From an uncultured virus (IMG/VR IMGVR_UViG_3300032722_000013) (taxonomy: Duplodnaviria > Heunggongvirae > Uroviricota > Caudoviricetes): a stretch of 64,000 nucleotides of DNA. Each line of letters opens with the position of its first letter. The stretch's first letter is position 1. Shown piece by piece: positions 18,571-30,300 of the stretch. Below the pieces are notes generated by a model. It saw only the letters and a list, made by a program, of their open reading frames with translations. It searched no databases and had not been told where the DNA came from. The position numbers and the translations under genes were made by a program. The stretch lies in IMG/VR virus record IMGVR_UViG_3300032722_000013, one strand, 5' to 3'.

Positions 18571-21500
18571 GTGGCATCTAACGACGACCTCACTGAACAA
18601 CTAGAGCTCACAAAGAAGATCACTGCTCAGATGCAGCAGATGGCCGCTGCCGCCGAGCGCCTGGCCGGTGCGTTCTCTAGTCAAGCGCAGACCGTAGAGA
18701 AGATCGCTAGCAACTTTTCGAAGATTGATACGTCACAAGCCGCGGGCGGCGTCGCAAGTCTTTCAAAGACACTTGCAACGCTAGACGACAGTGCACAGAA
18801 GACTGACAAGGAATTCAAGACGTTATTCGATCACATGGCGAAGAAGGCTGAGGATCTCGGTAAGATCTTCAAGGACAAGTTTGCTAAGGAAATTTTCGTT
18901 GCTACCGCAGCGCTCAAAGGGATGCAACAAGGCATCAAAACTGTCGTTGCGATCGGTCAAGGTCTAACATCGTTTTTGTTGAGCGTCGTCGATGGATTGG
19001 TCAACGTTGCCGTATCGATAATCGCCATTCCATTCAAGATGCTTCAAGGCCTCATTGACATGGGAGCAAAGGCATTCACTGGAATGAGTGAACTTGCACA
19101 GGCGATGGAAGACCTTCGCAAACAGTTTGGCGCTTTCTCTACGCCGACGAACAAAGCGATCATCGAAACATCAAAGAACATGAAAGGTATCCAGGAAACT
19201 GGGCTCAGTGCCTGGCGTGTCTTCGGTACAATGGCTGAACGCTTGAAGTACACTGGTGAACTTGCGAAGGAGATGGGCGGCGCTTTTACTGCATTGTCGA
19301 AGGAGTTCACAAAGAACGGCGAAGCAATCATGTTGATGCAGAAGGGCCTAGGCATCGCAAACGAGGACATGAAGCAACTTGAACGTAATGCCGTCTCAAA
19401 TGGTACGTCAATGGCTGACGTTGAGAAGGACATGACGAAGTACTCGACAGAGATGGGTAAGGCGTTCAAGGCTCAAGGAATTGACGCAAAGGTCATCTCT
19501 CGTGAAATTGCGCAGGCATCGACTGATGTCAAACACTTTGGAGGCGCATCCATCAAGCAGATGGCAGAAGCGTCGACGTATGCACACGGTCTTGGACTTG
19601 AACTCAAGGACATAACCGGTACGCTTGACAAGTTTGACACGTTTGATCAGGCCGCTGAGAATGCAGCAAAACTCGGCCAGGCATTCGGAGTCAATCTTGA
19701 CGCATTCAAATTGATGAATGCGCAGGATCCTGCTGATCAAGTCGACCAGATGCGCAAGGCGTTCCGCGCAGCAGGCAAGGACGCATCGACAATGGGTCGC
19801 GCTGAGCTGAAGTTGTTGGCACAGACGACAGGTTTGGACGAAGGCGTTGCGAAGGCTGCATTCTCAATGAAGAATCAAGGTATCAGCCTTGACGAGATCA
19901 AAAAGAAGAGCGGCGATGCGTCAAAGAAGACACTGACGCAACAACAGGCAATGGTGAAGCTCTCTGACGCCATCGAACGTCTTGTGAAGGCCGGGCAGGA
20001 AATGAAAGGCGGCTTCTTCGAGACGTTCTTTGATGGTATCAAGCGCGGAATGATGTCATCAAAGGAATTCTATGGCATGATGATGAACATCCACATGGCG
20101 CTTCAACAGGTCATGATGGTGGGTGTCAGGCTGGGCCGCGAGCTCATGCGTATCGTGCCAGGATTCCACGAGATCTTTGGTGGTTTCAGTGACTTTTTTC
20201 AACCCTCAAATTTCGTGAAGATGTTTGAGGGCATCAGCGACGCTGTCAAACGATTCTTTGATCCCTCAAGTCCTGACAAGGGATCTGTTCCGAATCTCGC
20301 CAAGAATCTGCAAGATGTCATTCTAGACATGTTCACAAGGGAAGGAACTGCAGGTAAGAAGATCCTGGATGGTTTCAAGAAGTTCTTCGAGATGGCTGCG
20401 AAGTTTGCAGGCGATGCAATGGTATGGCTATCAGACAACATTGCTGATGGAATTCAATATGTCATTGAGTTATTGAACGGAACCAAGAGCCTGAATGCAC
20501 CTGGTCTAGGTGGTGGAATGGGCTTCTTGAGCAAGATCATTACGCCCTTGGTTGAAGGATTGTCTCATGCGTGGACTGTTCTGTCGCCCGCGTTGTGGAA
20601 GCTCGTTGTTACGTTAGGTGACAAGTTAGTTGAGTTCATAAAGAAGCCTGAAATATGGGACAAGGTCAAAATGGTGTTGTACGGCATCGGCGCGACTATC
20701 CTAATTCCAGCGCTAGTGCGAGGAATGGCTGCACAAATTGGCGTGTTGATGATGAAAGAGGGCGTGAAAATGTTCACGGGCCCTACCGAAGCAGCTGCTA
20801 AGACTGCTGCAACGTCAATTGCAAAACACTCCCCAGCAGGACGAGATCTTTCAGGAATGAAAGAAATTGATCTTGGATCGATTTCAAAACAGGCAGAAGG
20901 TGCAGCCAAGCTCGAAAAAGCAGGAGGAAATATCAATTGGGCAAAGATAACAACAGCGCTTATTGGATTGGCGGGTGTTCTTGCAATCGGGATGACAGCG
21001 TTGTTCATTGCGATCATTGCAATTCGAAAATTTAAAATTTCGCAGGAAGAGATCCTGAAATCGTTAGAGATTGTTGGCGGCGCATCGTTGGCAATGGTAC
21101 CTGCAGCAGCAGCAATCAAAATTCTGAGTCTTGCGGGTAAAGGCGTTGATTTTGAGAGCGCCGCAATCGGTATTTTGGCCATGGCCGGTGGAATCGTTGC
21201 GATGGTTGGTACAATCGGCGCGATCAATCTTGTCTTGTCGAAAACTGACGTTTCTAACATGATGGGCGTTACTAAGCTGATCATGGAAATTTCGAAAGTC
21301 TTTTTGCTTTCTGGGCCTATCGTCATCGAAGCCATGGCAATTGGCTTACTGATGGCGGGAACTGAGGGTATCGCAGCAATTGCAGCAGCGGCAGGATTTG
21401 CTACAATGGGCGTTGCAATTGCTGCAATGGCAGCATCGATCTACGGGATTATGAAGGCGCTAAACGACATTCCTGCGGGTGAAGGTCTTGAGTCGAAGGT

Positions 21501-23250
21501 CAAAATGTTCACGATGATCATGGATTCTTTGACGAATTTTTCAAAGAACTTGACAGTAATCATCTCGTCCGTGACGCCTTCATGGATGTCTATTATTAGA
21601 GGAAAAGACGACACCACTGAACGTCTCAAGTCATTGACTGAATTTTTGAAAACGTATATCGGTGAACCTAACGGCAGTGGCATGATTGGATTGGTCGAGG
21701 TCATTGTTTATGCAGTGCAAAGCCTTGCAAACGGCAATGAAAAGACGTTAGAGTCTGCAAAGATTTTTGCTGAATTGATGACTGCTGTCACTTCAATGGC
21801 AACAGCGATGAAACCACCTGATGAATTTTTCAAGTCCATCAACGGTCTGTGGACAACGGCTGGGGACGTGAACGACGGTCTCAAGAAGTTGACAGAGCAC
21901 AGTGAAAATATTGCATCAGGATTAAAGAGCGTGTTAGGAGTCATCACAAAGGACATCATGCCTCTTGTGACGACAGGTTTTTCGAAGGAACAGTTGAACG
22001 GCGTTCAGGCAATCGCAGGAATGCTTGACGGTGTTGCAAAGATGGCGCAAGCGCTCAATCCAAGCCCAGCGACGCTTAACATGCTGCGTGACACGATTGG
22101 TGGAACAATAGGTCGCGACGATCAGGTATTGAATCCTGAAAACATGAAATTGTTGGGTACATTTGTCACAACGATGTCAGCTAGTCTTAAGGAGTTGTTA
22201 CCTCCTGTGATTTGGGCATTTACGCCGTTACTAGAAGCAATCGGAAAATGGACGTTTACGCCAGGCCAGATTGAAGCGCTGAAGATTGTGGGTCCCATTT
22301 TGCAATCACTCGTAGAAATTGCGCGAGCTGTCACTATCTCAGCAGCGCAACTTGCGATTGCACACATTCCTGCTGATGCAATTCAAGCGTTTCTTGATCA
22401 AGTCGTTGGTACGATGCCAAAGGTCTTTGACTCAATTTCTGCTGCACTTCCAAAACTCATCAACGGCCTGAAAGACGCGTTGGTCGCGATGGGAGGAATG
22501 AAAACCGCAGACATTACAAAGTTGAAGTCCATTTTTACGTTCATGTCTGACGTAACGTCAATAGTGAAAAATACGTTGAGTTCAAGCGCAACAAACGGAA
22601 CGATTGACGCAAGAGCATGGTTAGGTGGAATTTCTACGTTGACTGCGTTCGTCTTTTCACTGACAACACAAGATGCTGCATCTGGAGGAATTCCTGGTGA
22701 AGGAGGTCGACTTGGATTGCTGATGAGAGGCATTGATGAAGTTGGTCGTGTCTTAGCTAGCTTTAACACAGGGAATGCCACAAAAACAGTTATGTCAATG
22801 AACACAGTGTTTAGCAGCGTTTCTGATATGGGTTCAAATTTCAACAAAATGACGTCAACAGTTCTTTCTGCTACGACGGGAATCCGTGATAATGGAGTCC
22901 TTCCTGCGCTTGAAGCTGTACAGAAAATGGTCGATACAGTTAACAAGCTTAACGCTGCATTGTCAGACGGCAATCTCAATAAGATTGATGTCAAAACGAA
23001 GCTTGAAAATGTTGCAAAGTCTGTTGGCTTGGGCGCATCAGGGCAATATAACGTCAAGAATGGTGAAGTCAATATCACTGTCAACCTGCAGGTGACGATG
23101 GACGCGACGAAGGTCGAGAGCGCAATTCTTTCAGCGAAATCATCTATCATCGCTGATCGACTCAACTATGTGACTTCAACTGTTCCGGGAGCGACACCAA
23201 TATCGTCTGATAAGCCACCCATCTATCACAACCCGGGCACGCAGTCGTAA
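18571..23250 (+). CDS. Tape measure protein
   Basis: 1559 aa, Ala/Lys/Met-rich and helical with hydrophobic segments; follows the chaperone pair. Confidence 0.85.
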   Translation: MASNDDLTEQLELTKKITAQMQQMAAAAERLAGAFSSQAQTVEKIASNFSKIDTSQAAGGVASLSKTLATLDDSAQKTDKEFKTLFDHMAKKAEDLGKIFKDKFAKEIFVATAALKGMQQGIKTVVAIGQGLTSFLLSVVDGLVNVAVSIIAIPFKMLQGLIDMGAKAFTGMSELAQAMEDLRKQFGAFSTPTNKAIIETSKNMKGIQETGLSAWRVFGTMAERLKYTGELAKEMGGAFTALSKEFTKNGEAIMLMQKGLGIANEDMKQLERNAVSNGTSMADVEKDMTKYSTEMGKAFKAQGIDAKVISREIAQASTDVKHFGGASIKQMAEASTYAHGLGLELKDITGTLDKFDTFDQAAENAAKLGQAFGVNLDAFKLMNAQDPADQVDQMRKAFRAAGKDASTMGRAELKLLAQTTGLDEGVAKAAFSMKNQGISLDEIKKKSGDASKKTLTQQQAMVKLSDAIERLVKAGQEMKGGFFETFFDGIKRGMMSSKEFYGMMMNIHMALQQVMMVGVRLGRELMRIVPGFHEIFGGFSDFFQPSNFVKMFEGISDAVKRFFDPSSPDKGSVPNLAKNLQDVILDMFTREGTAGKKILDGFKKFFEMAAKFAGDAMVWLSDNIADGIQYVIELLNGTKSLNAPGLGGGMGFLSKIITPLVEGLSHAWTVLSPALWKLVVTLGDKLVEFIKKPEIWDKVKMVLYGIGATILIPALVRGMAAQIGVLMMKEGVKMFTGPTEAAAKTAATSIAKHSPAGRDLSGMKEIDLGSISKQAEGAAKLEKAGGNINWAKITTALIGLAGVLAIGMTALFIAIIAIRKFKISQEEILKSLEIVGGASLAMVPAAAAIKILSLAGKGVDFESAAIGILAMAGGIVAMVGTIGAINLVLSKTDVSNMMGVTKLIMEISKVFLLSGPIVIEAMAIGLLMAGTEGIAAIAAAAGFATMGVAIAAMAASIYGIMKALNDIPAGEGLESKVKMFTMIMDSLTNFSKNLTVIISSVTPSWMSIIRGKDDTTERLKSLTEFLKTYIGEPNGSGMIGLVEVIVYAVQSLANGNEKTLESAKIFAELMTAVTSMATAMKPPDEFFKSINGLWTTAGDVNDGLKKLTEHSENIASGLKSVLGVITKDIMPLVTTGFSKEQLNGVQAIAGMLDGVAKMAQALNPSPATLNMLRDTIGGTIGRDDQVLNPENMKLLGTFVTTMSASLKELLPPVIWAFTPLLEAIGKWTFTPGQIEALKIVGPILQSLVEIARAVTISAAQLAIAHIPADAIQAFLDQVVGTMPKVFDSISAALPKLINGLKDALVAMGGMKTADITKLKSIFTFMSDVTSIVKNTLSSSATNGTIDARAWLGGISTLTAFVFSLTTQDAASGGIPGEGGRLGLLMRGIDEVGRVLASFNTGNATKTVMSMNTVFSSVSDMGSNFNKMTSTVLSATTGIRDNGVLPALEAVQKMVDTVNKLNAALSDGNLNKIDVKTKLENVAKSVGLGASGQYNVKNGEVNITVNLQVTMDATKVESAILSAKSSIIADRLNYVTSTVPGATPISSDKPPIYHNPGTQS

Positions 23251-23259
23251 GATAACAAC

Positions 23260-23529
23260 ATGGCAACCTGGAACAAGGAAGAGTTCCTGAAGCAGTTTCA
23301 GCAGAACGAGAACTACAAGCGCGCGCTCAAGGAAGCGCGTGACGATGCAGAACGCAAGAAGCTCATCGCGTTTGGTAACGATTTTGTGGGAAGCTTCGCT
23401 GAGATCCTCATACCGTTGTTGGAACGAGCAAAGAACGACGGAAAATTCGCAGAGCAATTGGCGAAGGCTATCAATGAGAAGCAGACGGTACTTACCGGCA
23501 GGACGAAGATGTCTGGGTCCAATGGGTAG
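23260..23529 (+). CDS. Hypothetical protein
   Basis: ORF between the tape measure and baseplate genes. Confidence 0.6.
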   Translation: MATWNKEEFLKQFQQNENYKRALKEARDDAERKKLIAFGNDFVGSFAEILIPLLERAKNDGKFAEQLAKAINEKQTVLTGRTKMSGSNG

Positions 23530-23534
23530 GATAC

Positions 23535-26500
23535 ATGGCTGACGGCGGCAAGAATATCGATACAGGCACGGGTGGGTTCGAGCTGCCCAACGATGATGAC
23601 CTGTTGACTTTTGACGTCGGTCATGACGTACCTGCAAATACGAAGAAACCGTATGGGAAGTATGAAAAGGGCGTCAAATTTGACAAGGACCCTCTCAATC
23701 CTGATGATAAAAAGGACCTGTCAGACTTCACCAAGAAGAAACTATCTGACTACCTGAGCGGCCTGACGTCTGCTCCGTCAACCGGCAACGAATATCCGAT
23801 CGATCCCGGAGAGTCGACACGTGGAACGTCTATCACTGACGACAAGGGTTATCCTGCGTTGCAGTCACCTGGAATTGCTGATCCTTCTAACTCAAAAGAG
23901 TTCCAACCCGATCAGACGACACTTAGCGCATTGAGCGCAGCGTTCACGACCGCGGTCGATCCTACGTCAGGTGCACTTCTTCTGAAGGGAAAAGGAAGAT
24001 CGAAGGCCGGCGGCGCAGTCAATGGAAACAAGCTGTTGCCTGGCGTTGTTGCTACTGCTGCATACACTGCAACGAATCCTGCGTCCGTAGCATCATCTGA
24101 TGATCAACTTGGTATGCCTGTCTTAGGTGATCCGACCAAGACGCCTGGCGGTACGCCTGCAGTGATGACCAACATCGTCACGCCTTATCAGAGCGCGGTG
24201 ATGTCGACGAACCGGTTCACTGCATCTTCAACGTTTGCGGGTGCAAAAGCGCCTAGCAATGCCGCAGGGTTCAACCCGTCATTTCCTGTGCAGTCGACGC
24301 TTGGAGCATACAACCCTGCAGCCTCTGTTCTAACGAGCGGTCAACTTGCGAACATCGGCTCTGTTCTGTCCATGCGCGCCGCGGGTGAACTTGGCGCGAC
24401 TGCATCGGACGCAGATCCCAACTCAAGCGCGCTTGAACTCGCTGCAATCCTGCCAGGACTTGCTCAGCTTGGTCTGACACAGATCTCGCAGCAGACACTT
24501 CTTGCGTCTGACGTTCTGTCGCTCATGGACACGAGCGCAACGGATGAACTTACGAACAGTCAGTTCGTCCTGTCAACGGGAACAGATTCGTGGGGTAACA
24601 TGAACGACGTCGACGATCCTTACTCGGGCGTCGACGCTATCGGCATGGTTGCCATGTCATTCATCCTCGTGGCAGGCATCGATGTCCTGTTTCAGGGGCT
24701 AAGTCTGTTGTTGAGCCAGATCAATTCTTCAGTGACATTTCCCGGGCGAGACTCTATAGTACGTTATAATCTTGGTGAGTACATCGCTGGGACAAAGTCT
24801 GGTAACAAGGCATCATCCGGAGGAATCGGCGGCGCTGTCGCAGCGCTGAGTTCCCTCAATTTTGGTGCATTGCTTGGGATTCGACCGACTATCTATCCGT
24901 TTGCGACTGCGCTTCAATGGGGCACAAATGCGTTCTTTCAATTGCCTGAGCCATCAGCAAATAACGTAGGTTTGGGCGCTGTTGCTGGAGCGGTTACGGG
25001 TGCTGCAACATCTAGTTGCGATAGCCCGGGCTTTAACTCCGTGACAGCGAGGACGATCATTCGAAGTGGTATCATCATCTTGAATCAATTGAAGAAGATC
25101 GGTGGTTCAATCATGAACGCAATCACCCAGATTCTTGCGTTGATTGATGTGATCGCTAGCTCAAAATTGATCGCTGCGTGTAACATCTTTGCAATGTTGG
25201 GGGACGCAGTGTTGACTGATCCTACAACTTGGGTAGATGGTAGCGTCGGACCGGGTGTCAAGGTTTCAGCAATGGATGCCAACTCAGACGGATCTCCTTG
25301 GGACACTGTCACAATGAATCGGCTACCCACTTCGTTGAAGTTGGCGTGGGCGTCAAACCGTGCGCCCGCAAACCTATTGATTCCGTCTAGCATTCTTTCG
25401 CTCAGCACCGTTCTTTCAACGTCAAAGAATCTCGGATCGTGGAGTCCGATGATGGGAATCGGCGGTGATCGACAATCAAACATTAGTGCCAACGTTTTAC
25501 CGCAGCTAGCCGGTGGAAGGATTGACTCTGCCACTGCAGCGCTGTTCGAATGTCAACTAGACGCATCGTATGTTCCATTTTATTTTCATGACATTCGCAC
25601 GAATGAAATGGTTGCATTTCATGCGTTCCTCGCTTCATTGACAGATGATTATACTGCGTCATACGAGAAGTCAGAAGGGTTTGGTCGCGTTGAACCTGTG
25701 AGGATTTACAAGTCAACAGAGCGAAAGATAGGAATTTCATTCTATGTGGCAGCAACGTCATTGCCTGACTTTGATGACATGTGGGTGAAGCTTAACAAGC
25801 TTGTCACGTTGATTTATCCGCAATACACGCAAGGCGTGCAATTGACAGACGCGTCAGGAAAGTATGTGTTTACACAACCTTTCAGCCAACTAGTCGGTGC
25901 ATCGCCATTGATCAGAATCAGGTTAGGCGATCTTATTCGTTCAAATTACACACCGTTCGCGTTGGGACGTCTTTTTGGATTGGGAAATAACAGCTTTGCA
26001 GTTGGCGCGACAGCAGTGGAAGGTGCTGAAGGCACATTCACTGCAACTGACATTGATACTGCGATTCAGGCTGCTCTTTCTACAGGAACTCCACTCGAGT
26101 TTTATCCAACTGCAGGCATATATCCATATGCTCCTGCGCCTAATGCTACGTCTGGCGGGTTGATGGGTGCGCTAGCAAATGCTGCGGGTAGCGCTGCAGG
26201 TTTCACTGCTACGAATCAGACTCCTCCTACACAAGCAACTGAATTTTGTTCAATGGATGACACGTGTTTCAAGGTCGTTGCATCGGCAGCGCCGGTCGCT
26301 GGCGTTGTCGTCGGGACCGTGCAACTCAGAGATGATCCGGCGTTCACAAATTCTCATGTTGCGACTAACAAGTGGTACACAGCACAATATCAAAAAGGAG
26401 ATGGAACTGCAGGCAGTGATACAACTACGGCATACATCGGTGGGAACTATTACTTCCCATTGTCGATGCTAAAATTGACGGAAGAATCGCTTCAGACGGT

Positions 26501-26996
26501 TGTGAATAATGTCGTTTCTAGCAAGTCTCCATCTACGAGCGCTAGCAACTCAACTTTCGATAATGACCTATCAACATTTCTTAGTTCAGACAATAACGCC
26601 GTTGTAAAATCGTTCGCTGACACAGGTGGTAAAGGACTAGCAGGATTCATCGAATCAATGCATTTCGACTGGTATGACAAGGTGACGTGGGAGACGCAGG
26701 ATGGACGCACAGCACCGAAAATCTGCAAGGTCACGTTAACATTCTCACCTGTGCATGACATCTCTCCTGGCATTGATCACTTCGGATACAACCGCGCGCC
26801 GATTTACCCTGTCGGTTCAATGGGACAATCATTTGCTGCGACGCCAGCAGCTCCGAAAACTGCAACGATCGGTGGTCCTGCACAGACAGGAGCTACGAAC
26901 ATGGGAGGTTCTGCACCCTCACCTGCTCTGAAAGCAACATCATCTGGTGCTTCGAGCGCTGCTACAGGGCTTCCCACGACAACACCAGGACAGTGA
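23535..26996 (+). CDS. Large baseplate/tube-initiator-like protein
   Basis: Internal tube-fold-like block PFYFHDIRT...AFLASLTDDY...GRVEPVRIYKSTERKI...LIYPQY...PLIRIRLGDLI and GFIESM.FDW...WE...AP..C.V.L.FSPVHD. Confidence 0.7.
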   Translation: MADGGKNIDTGTGGFELPNDDDLLTFDVGHDVPANTKKPYGKYEKGVKFDKDPLNPDDKKDLSDFTKKKLSDYLSGLTSAPSTGNEYPIDPGESTRGTSITDDKGYPALQSPGIADPSNSKEFQPDQTTLSALSAAFTTAVDPTSGALLLKGKGRSKAGGAVNGNKLLPGVVATAAYTATNPASVASSDDQLGMPVLGDPTKTPGGTPAVMTNIVTPYQSAVMSTNRFTASSTFAGAKAPSNAAGFNPSFPVQSTLGAYNPAASVLTSGQLANIGSVLSMRAAGELGATASDADPNSSALELAAILPGLAQLGLTQISQQTLLASDVLSLMDTSATDELTNSQFVLSTGTDSWGNMNDVDDPYSGVDAIGMVAMSFILVAGIDVLFQGLSLLLSQINSSVTFPGRDSIVRYNLGEYIAGTKSGNKASSGGIGGAVAALSSLNFGALLGIRPTIYPFATALQWGTNAFFQLPEPSANNVGLGAVAGAVTGAATSSCDSPGFNSVTARTIIRSGIIILNQLKKIGGSIMNAITQILALIDVIASSKLIAACNIFAMLGDAVLTDPTTWVDGSVGPGVKVSAMDANSDGSPWDTVTMNRLPTSLKLAWASNRAPANLLIPSSILSLSTVLSTSKNLGSWSPMMGIGGDRQSNISANVLPQLAGGRIDSATAALFECQLDASYVPFYFHDIRTNEMVAFHAFLASLTDDYTASYEKSEGFGRVEPVRIYKSTERKIGISFYVAATSLPDFDDMWVKLNKLVTLIYPQYTQGVQLTDASGKYVFTQPFSQLVGASPLIRIRLGDLIRSNYTPFALGRLFGLGNNSFAVGATAVEGAEGTFTATDIDTAIQAALSTGTPLEFYPTAGIYPYAPAPNATSGGLMGALANAAGSAAGFTATNQTPPTQATEFCSMDDTCFKVVASAAPVAGVVVGTVQLRDDPAFTNSHVATNKWYTAQYQKGDGTAGSDTTTAYIGGNYYFPLSMLKLTEESLQTVVNNVVSSKSPSTSASNSTFDNDLSTFLSSDNNAVVKSFADTGGKGLAGFIESMHFDWYDKVTWETQDGRTAPKICKVTLTFSPVHDISPGIDHFGYNRAPIYPVGSMGQSFAATPAAPKTATIGGPAQTGATNMGGSAPSPALKATSSGASSAATGLPTTTPGQ

Positions 26997-27003
26997 TTGA
27001 ATC

Positions 27004-27300
27004 ATGGCATTTTCTAGGTACTCTCGCACGCCTGTCATCAATTTTGGTGCACAATATGGGACATCTCATGCTCGTGAGGTGATTCAAGCAGCCATGGCGA
27101 ATGGTCGGTTGAACATCACACAGAAAATTGTCACTCGCGGCGCTGAACGACTTGACACTATCGCAGGCGTTGTGTACGGTGATTCAAGGTACTGGTGGGT
27201 GTTGGCAGCTGCGAGTGGAATAGGATGGGGAATGCAAATTCCACCCGGGACAGTAATTAACGTGCCTGATCTCACGCTCATTGCATCGATGACAGGATGA
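27004..27300 (+). CDS. LysM-like baseplate wedge/tail X protein (gp53-like)
   Basis: ERLDTIAGVVYGDSRYWWVLAAASGI...IPPGTVINVP. Confidence 0.85.
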   Translation: MAFSRYSRTPVINFGAQYGTSHAREVIQAAMANGRLNITQKIVTRGAERLDTIAGVVYGDSRYWWVLAAASGIGWGMQIPPGTVINVPDLTLIASMTG

Positions 27301-27303
27301 TAC

Positions 27304-30300
27304 ATGGCTGACCCGGGTTCTAGCACTTCAAGCCCTGGCGCAACGCCAGCAACACAACCAGCAGCCGGAGCTACAACAGCTGCAGGAGCTCCTGCTACGG
27401 GAGGTACTGCGCCGTCGTTTGCGAGCATTGAACAGATCTTTCAGATGTTCTCACCCAGCGATCTGTTGGGCACGCAATTGCCCAATTTGGGAGGTCCTCT
27501 CGACAAATTGAACAACATGTACGCGCAGCTCGTTTCGATACTTGAAAATGACGGCCGCGGCGTGCTTACGATCGCAGACATTGTCACTGCGATCAATAGC
27601 CTTGCTACACAGCCTGTTGCGCCAACCGCTGGCGGCGGCACGCCATCGCCACCCTTTAAGATCTACGATCACTTTAGCATCTGGACGATGGGTGGAAAGC
27701 CAGCATTGGGAAATGGCGCAGCAGCATCACCTGACCCGCGTGCGTACGCATCGTCATTGTCATCAGGTTCAACGGTCGTCGCCTCTCTGGCACAGATCAT
27801 CGGTGCTGATTTTGTTGCAAAGACTGATCCCAAAGCGCCGATGCCTGTGATGTCAGTCATCTGCAGCTACTCGCCATTTTTTAGTCCTGCATCACGGAAC
27901 ACAAAACGCGTGTCGACGTTTTTGAATGCTATGCCATCGACCGTGCTTTCTCAGCTAGTGCCGTTCATGCAGGCAGAGTTTCAATTTTCTCGCAGTCCTT
28001 CAAATCAATTGCAATCTCCAAGTCAACTGAAGTTGCTAATGGGTGCTGCTGATATAACTCAGACATTGTTCGGCACTGCAAATAGCGCCATGGCTCAAGC
28101 ACATCAGTTCGGTGCTTCGTCAACTGCACAACCTGGGACTGATCCTGCACCGTCTGCGCTAGACTATGTCGGAATGGAGTTATTCACCAGTCCAATCACA
28201 TTGACGAATCCACAGCCCAACCTTTCGAGCAACGGTGGACTGCGGTACGTTGATGTTCTGGATCCGTACAGGCCTTTTGCCTCATTGGAGCACGTCACCG
28301 TCAGCTCAGTTCCTTCTGGCGCTGGCTTCTACTGCTACAAAAAAGCGAACATGTCAATCAAGGTACACGATCGGTCACGACTCAACGAGATTGCCGATCT
28401 TCTCAGACCGTGGTTGTACACAGGCGTTACGATCTGGTTGACGTATGGCTGGCGCGCTCCAACGAGACCAACGGGCGGAAGCGCATCGATCAATCCGTAC
28501 TTTGAGTACATCAACAACAACATGATGATACGTGAAGCGTACCATGTCATGAACTCAAGCTTTACGTTGGATCACATTGGTCAGACAGTCATCAACCTTG
28601 AATTGTACACAAAGGGCGTAGCTGAGCTACGGGATCTTAAGATCAGCGATCAAAACGGTGACATGGCGTACAGGACGAAGCAATTGCAATATCTCATTGA
28701 TGATATTTCGAGATTGCGCCAGGCTCTGAAACTTGACCCGCCTGAAGGTCTAAACAAGGAGATCAGGGTCTATCAGCTCCTCGACGCTGCTGAGTCCGGA
28801 CAGGCACCTGATTTCTCGGGTGCTAGCACAGTGATTGCTAATTTACAGTCTGCGTTGCAAACGACCCATCCTGGTGATTCATCAGCAGATGCGCTGATCA
28901 AGGATCTCAAGACCTTGTACGCGCCAGCAAAGACGCCTGCCAGCAAATTCAATTCAATCGCCGGCATGGAAGCAAGACTTACACAGATCGTAGCGAGTCT
29001 AATAAAAGAATTGCACCTGGTTGACAATGATCCGTTCCTTCCGACAGCAACCGGCGCAGCGAATGATCAGAGCACGTTGGCACAGCTATGCGATAAGGCA
29101 AAACTCAACGGTTCCAAGGAAGGCATTGTGTCGTTCGGTAAGTTGTTCTGCACTGTTGCGCTTCGAAATTGTGCTAGCCTACCGTCAGTCACTGATGAAG
29201 TGCAGATTTTCTTCTACAATTTGAACGAGCACTGTGGTCCTCTTAGCTGTCACAACATCTCATCATTCCCGATTGACGTACATGACTTTACTGAAGCGTT
29301 GAAGGACGAGATCAAGTCAAAGGGTTCAGAGTCTATCAAACTTGAGGATTTTCTTTCGCTAGTGATCAACTCACAATTTCTTGACAAGCGCTCCATTGGT
29401 TACGGTCTAAGACAATTTTATGACGTCGTGCCAGGAAGTAAGCCAATTGAATACACCGTCAACAAGGAAGGTGATTTCGACAAGAAACTTACGCAATACA
29501 GCAACACGTATGGACCGTTCGCGCTTCCTGCTGTTGAGGTGTACGTTGAAATGTCGCACAAGAAGACGAACACGGCAGGAGAGTGCGATATTATGCAACT
29601 TGTCAATTTCCCAGGACCTTCAAATCCAGGCATAACGATCGGCGATTCTCAAAAGAACGCTAGCACGAAGATCATGAGGATCCACATCTATGACAAGCAG
29701 ACGAACACAAATGCCATGGCAACGCAACTGCTCAAGGCTAGCACGTCTTCGGGACAAGTTTCAGGTTTTCTTGAGGCAAATCCTGGTCTTGATGACTACC
29801 AGAAGGCACACTCAGCAGGTACAAACCTTTCAATGACTGCAGCGGCGCTGAACAAACTGGTACCAGGTTTGTCATTGAACGTTGACGACAAACAGAAGGT
29901 CACACTCACAAACATCAGCAATTTCACAAGCAACCAGATGGTCAAGGATACCGTGTCGCAGCTTGTGCCGTCGATCAGATTTGGTGCGAATGGTACGACG
30001 ATCACACAAGCGAATCTCACGTCAAAAGCAGAGCCATTGCTTTCAACCGTGCAGATGCAACGTAATCAGACAGTCAAGAACGATACACAGCCGAACGGGT
30101 CCGGACCTCTAGGAATTCCTGGTAGGGTCATTCCTGCACAGTTGACGATGACGACGCTGGGAAATCCGCTTGCGACGATGGCGCAACAGTTCTTTATCGA
30201 CTTTCAGACAGGTACAACGCTCGATAACATGTACATCACGACAGCGTTGACGCATAATTTTACGCCGGGAAAGTTCGAAACTTCATGGACGTTCGGTTTC

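Noticed and set aside
20565..23165. Long antisense ORFs (e.g. 20565-21335, 22398-23165; also 43525-44433 and 50580-51308)
   Set aside because: Shadow frames of well-supported + strand genes, with no motifs or promoters
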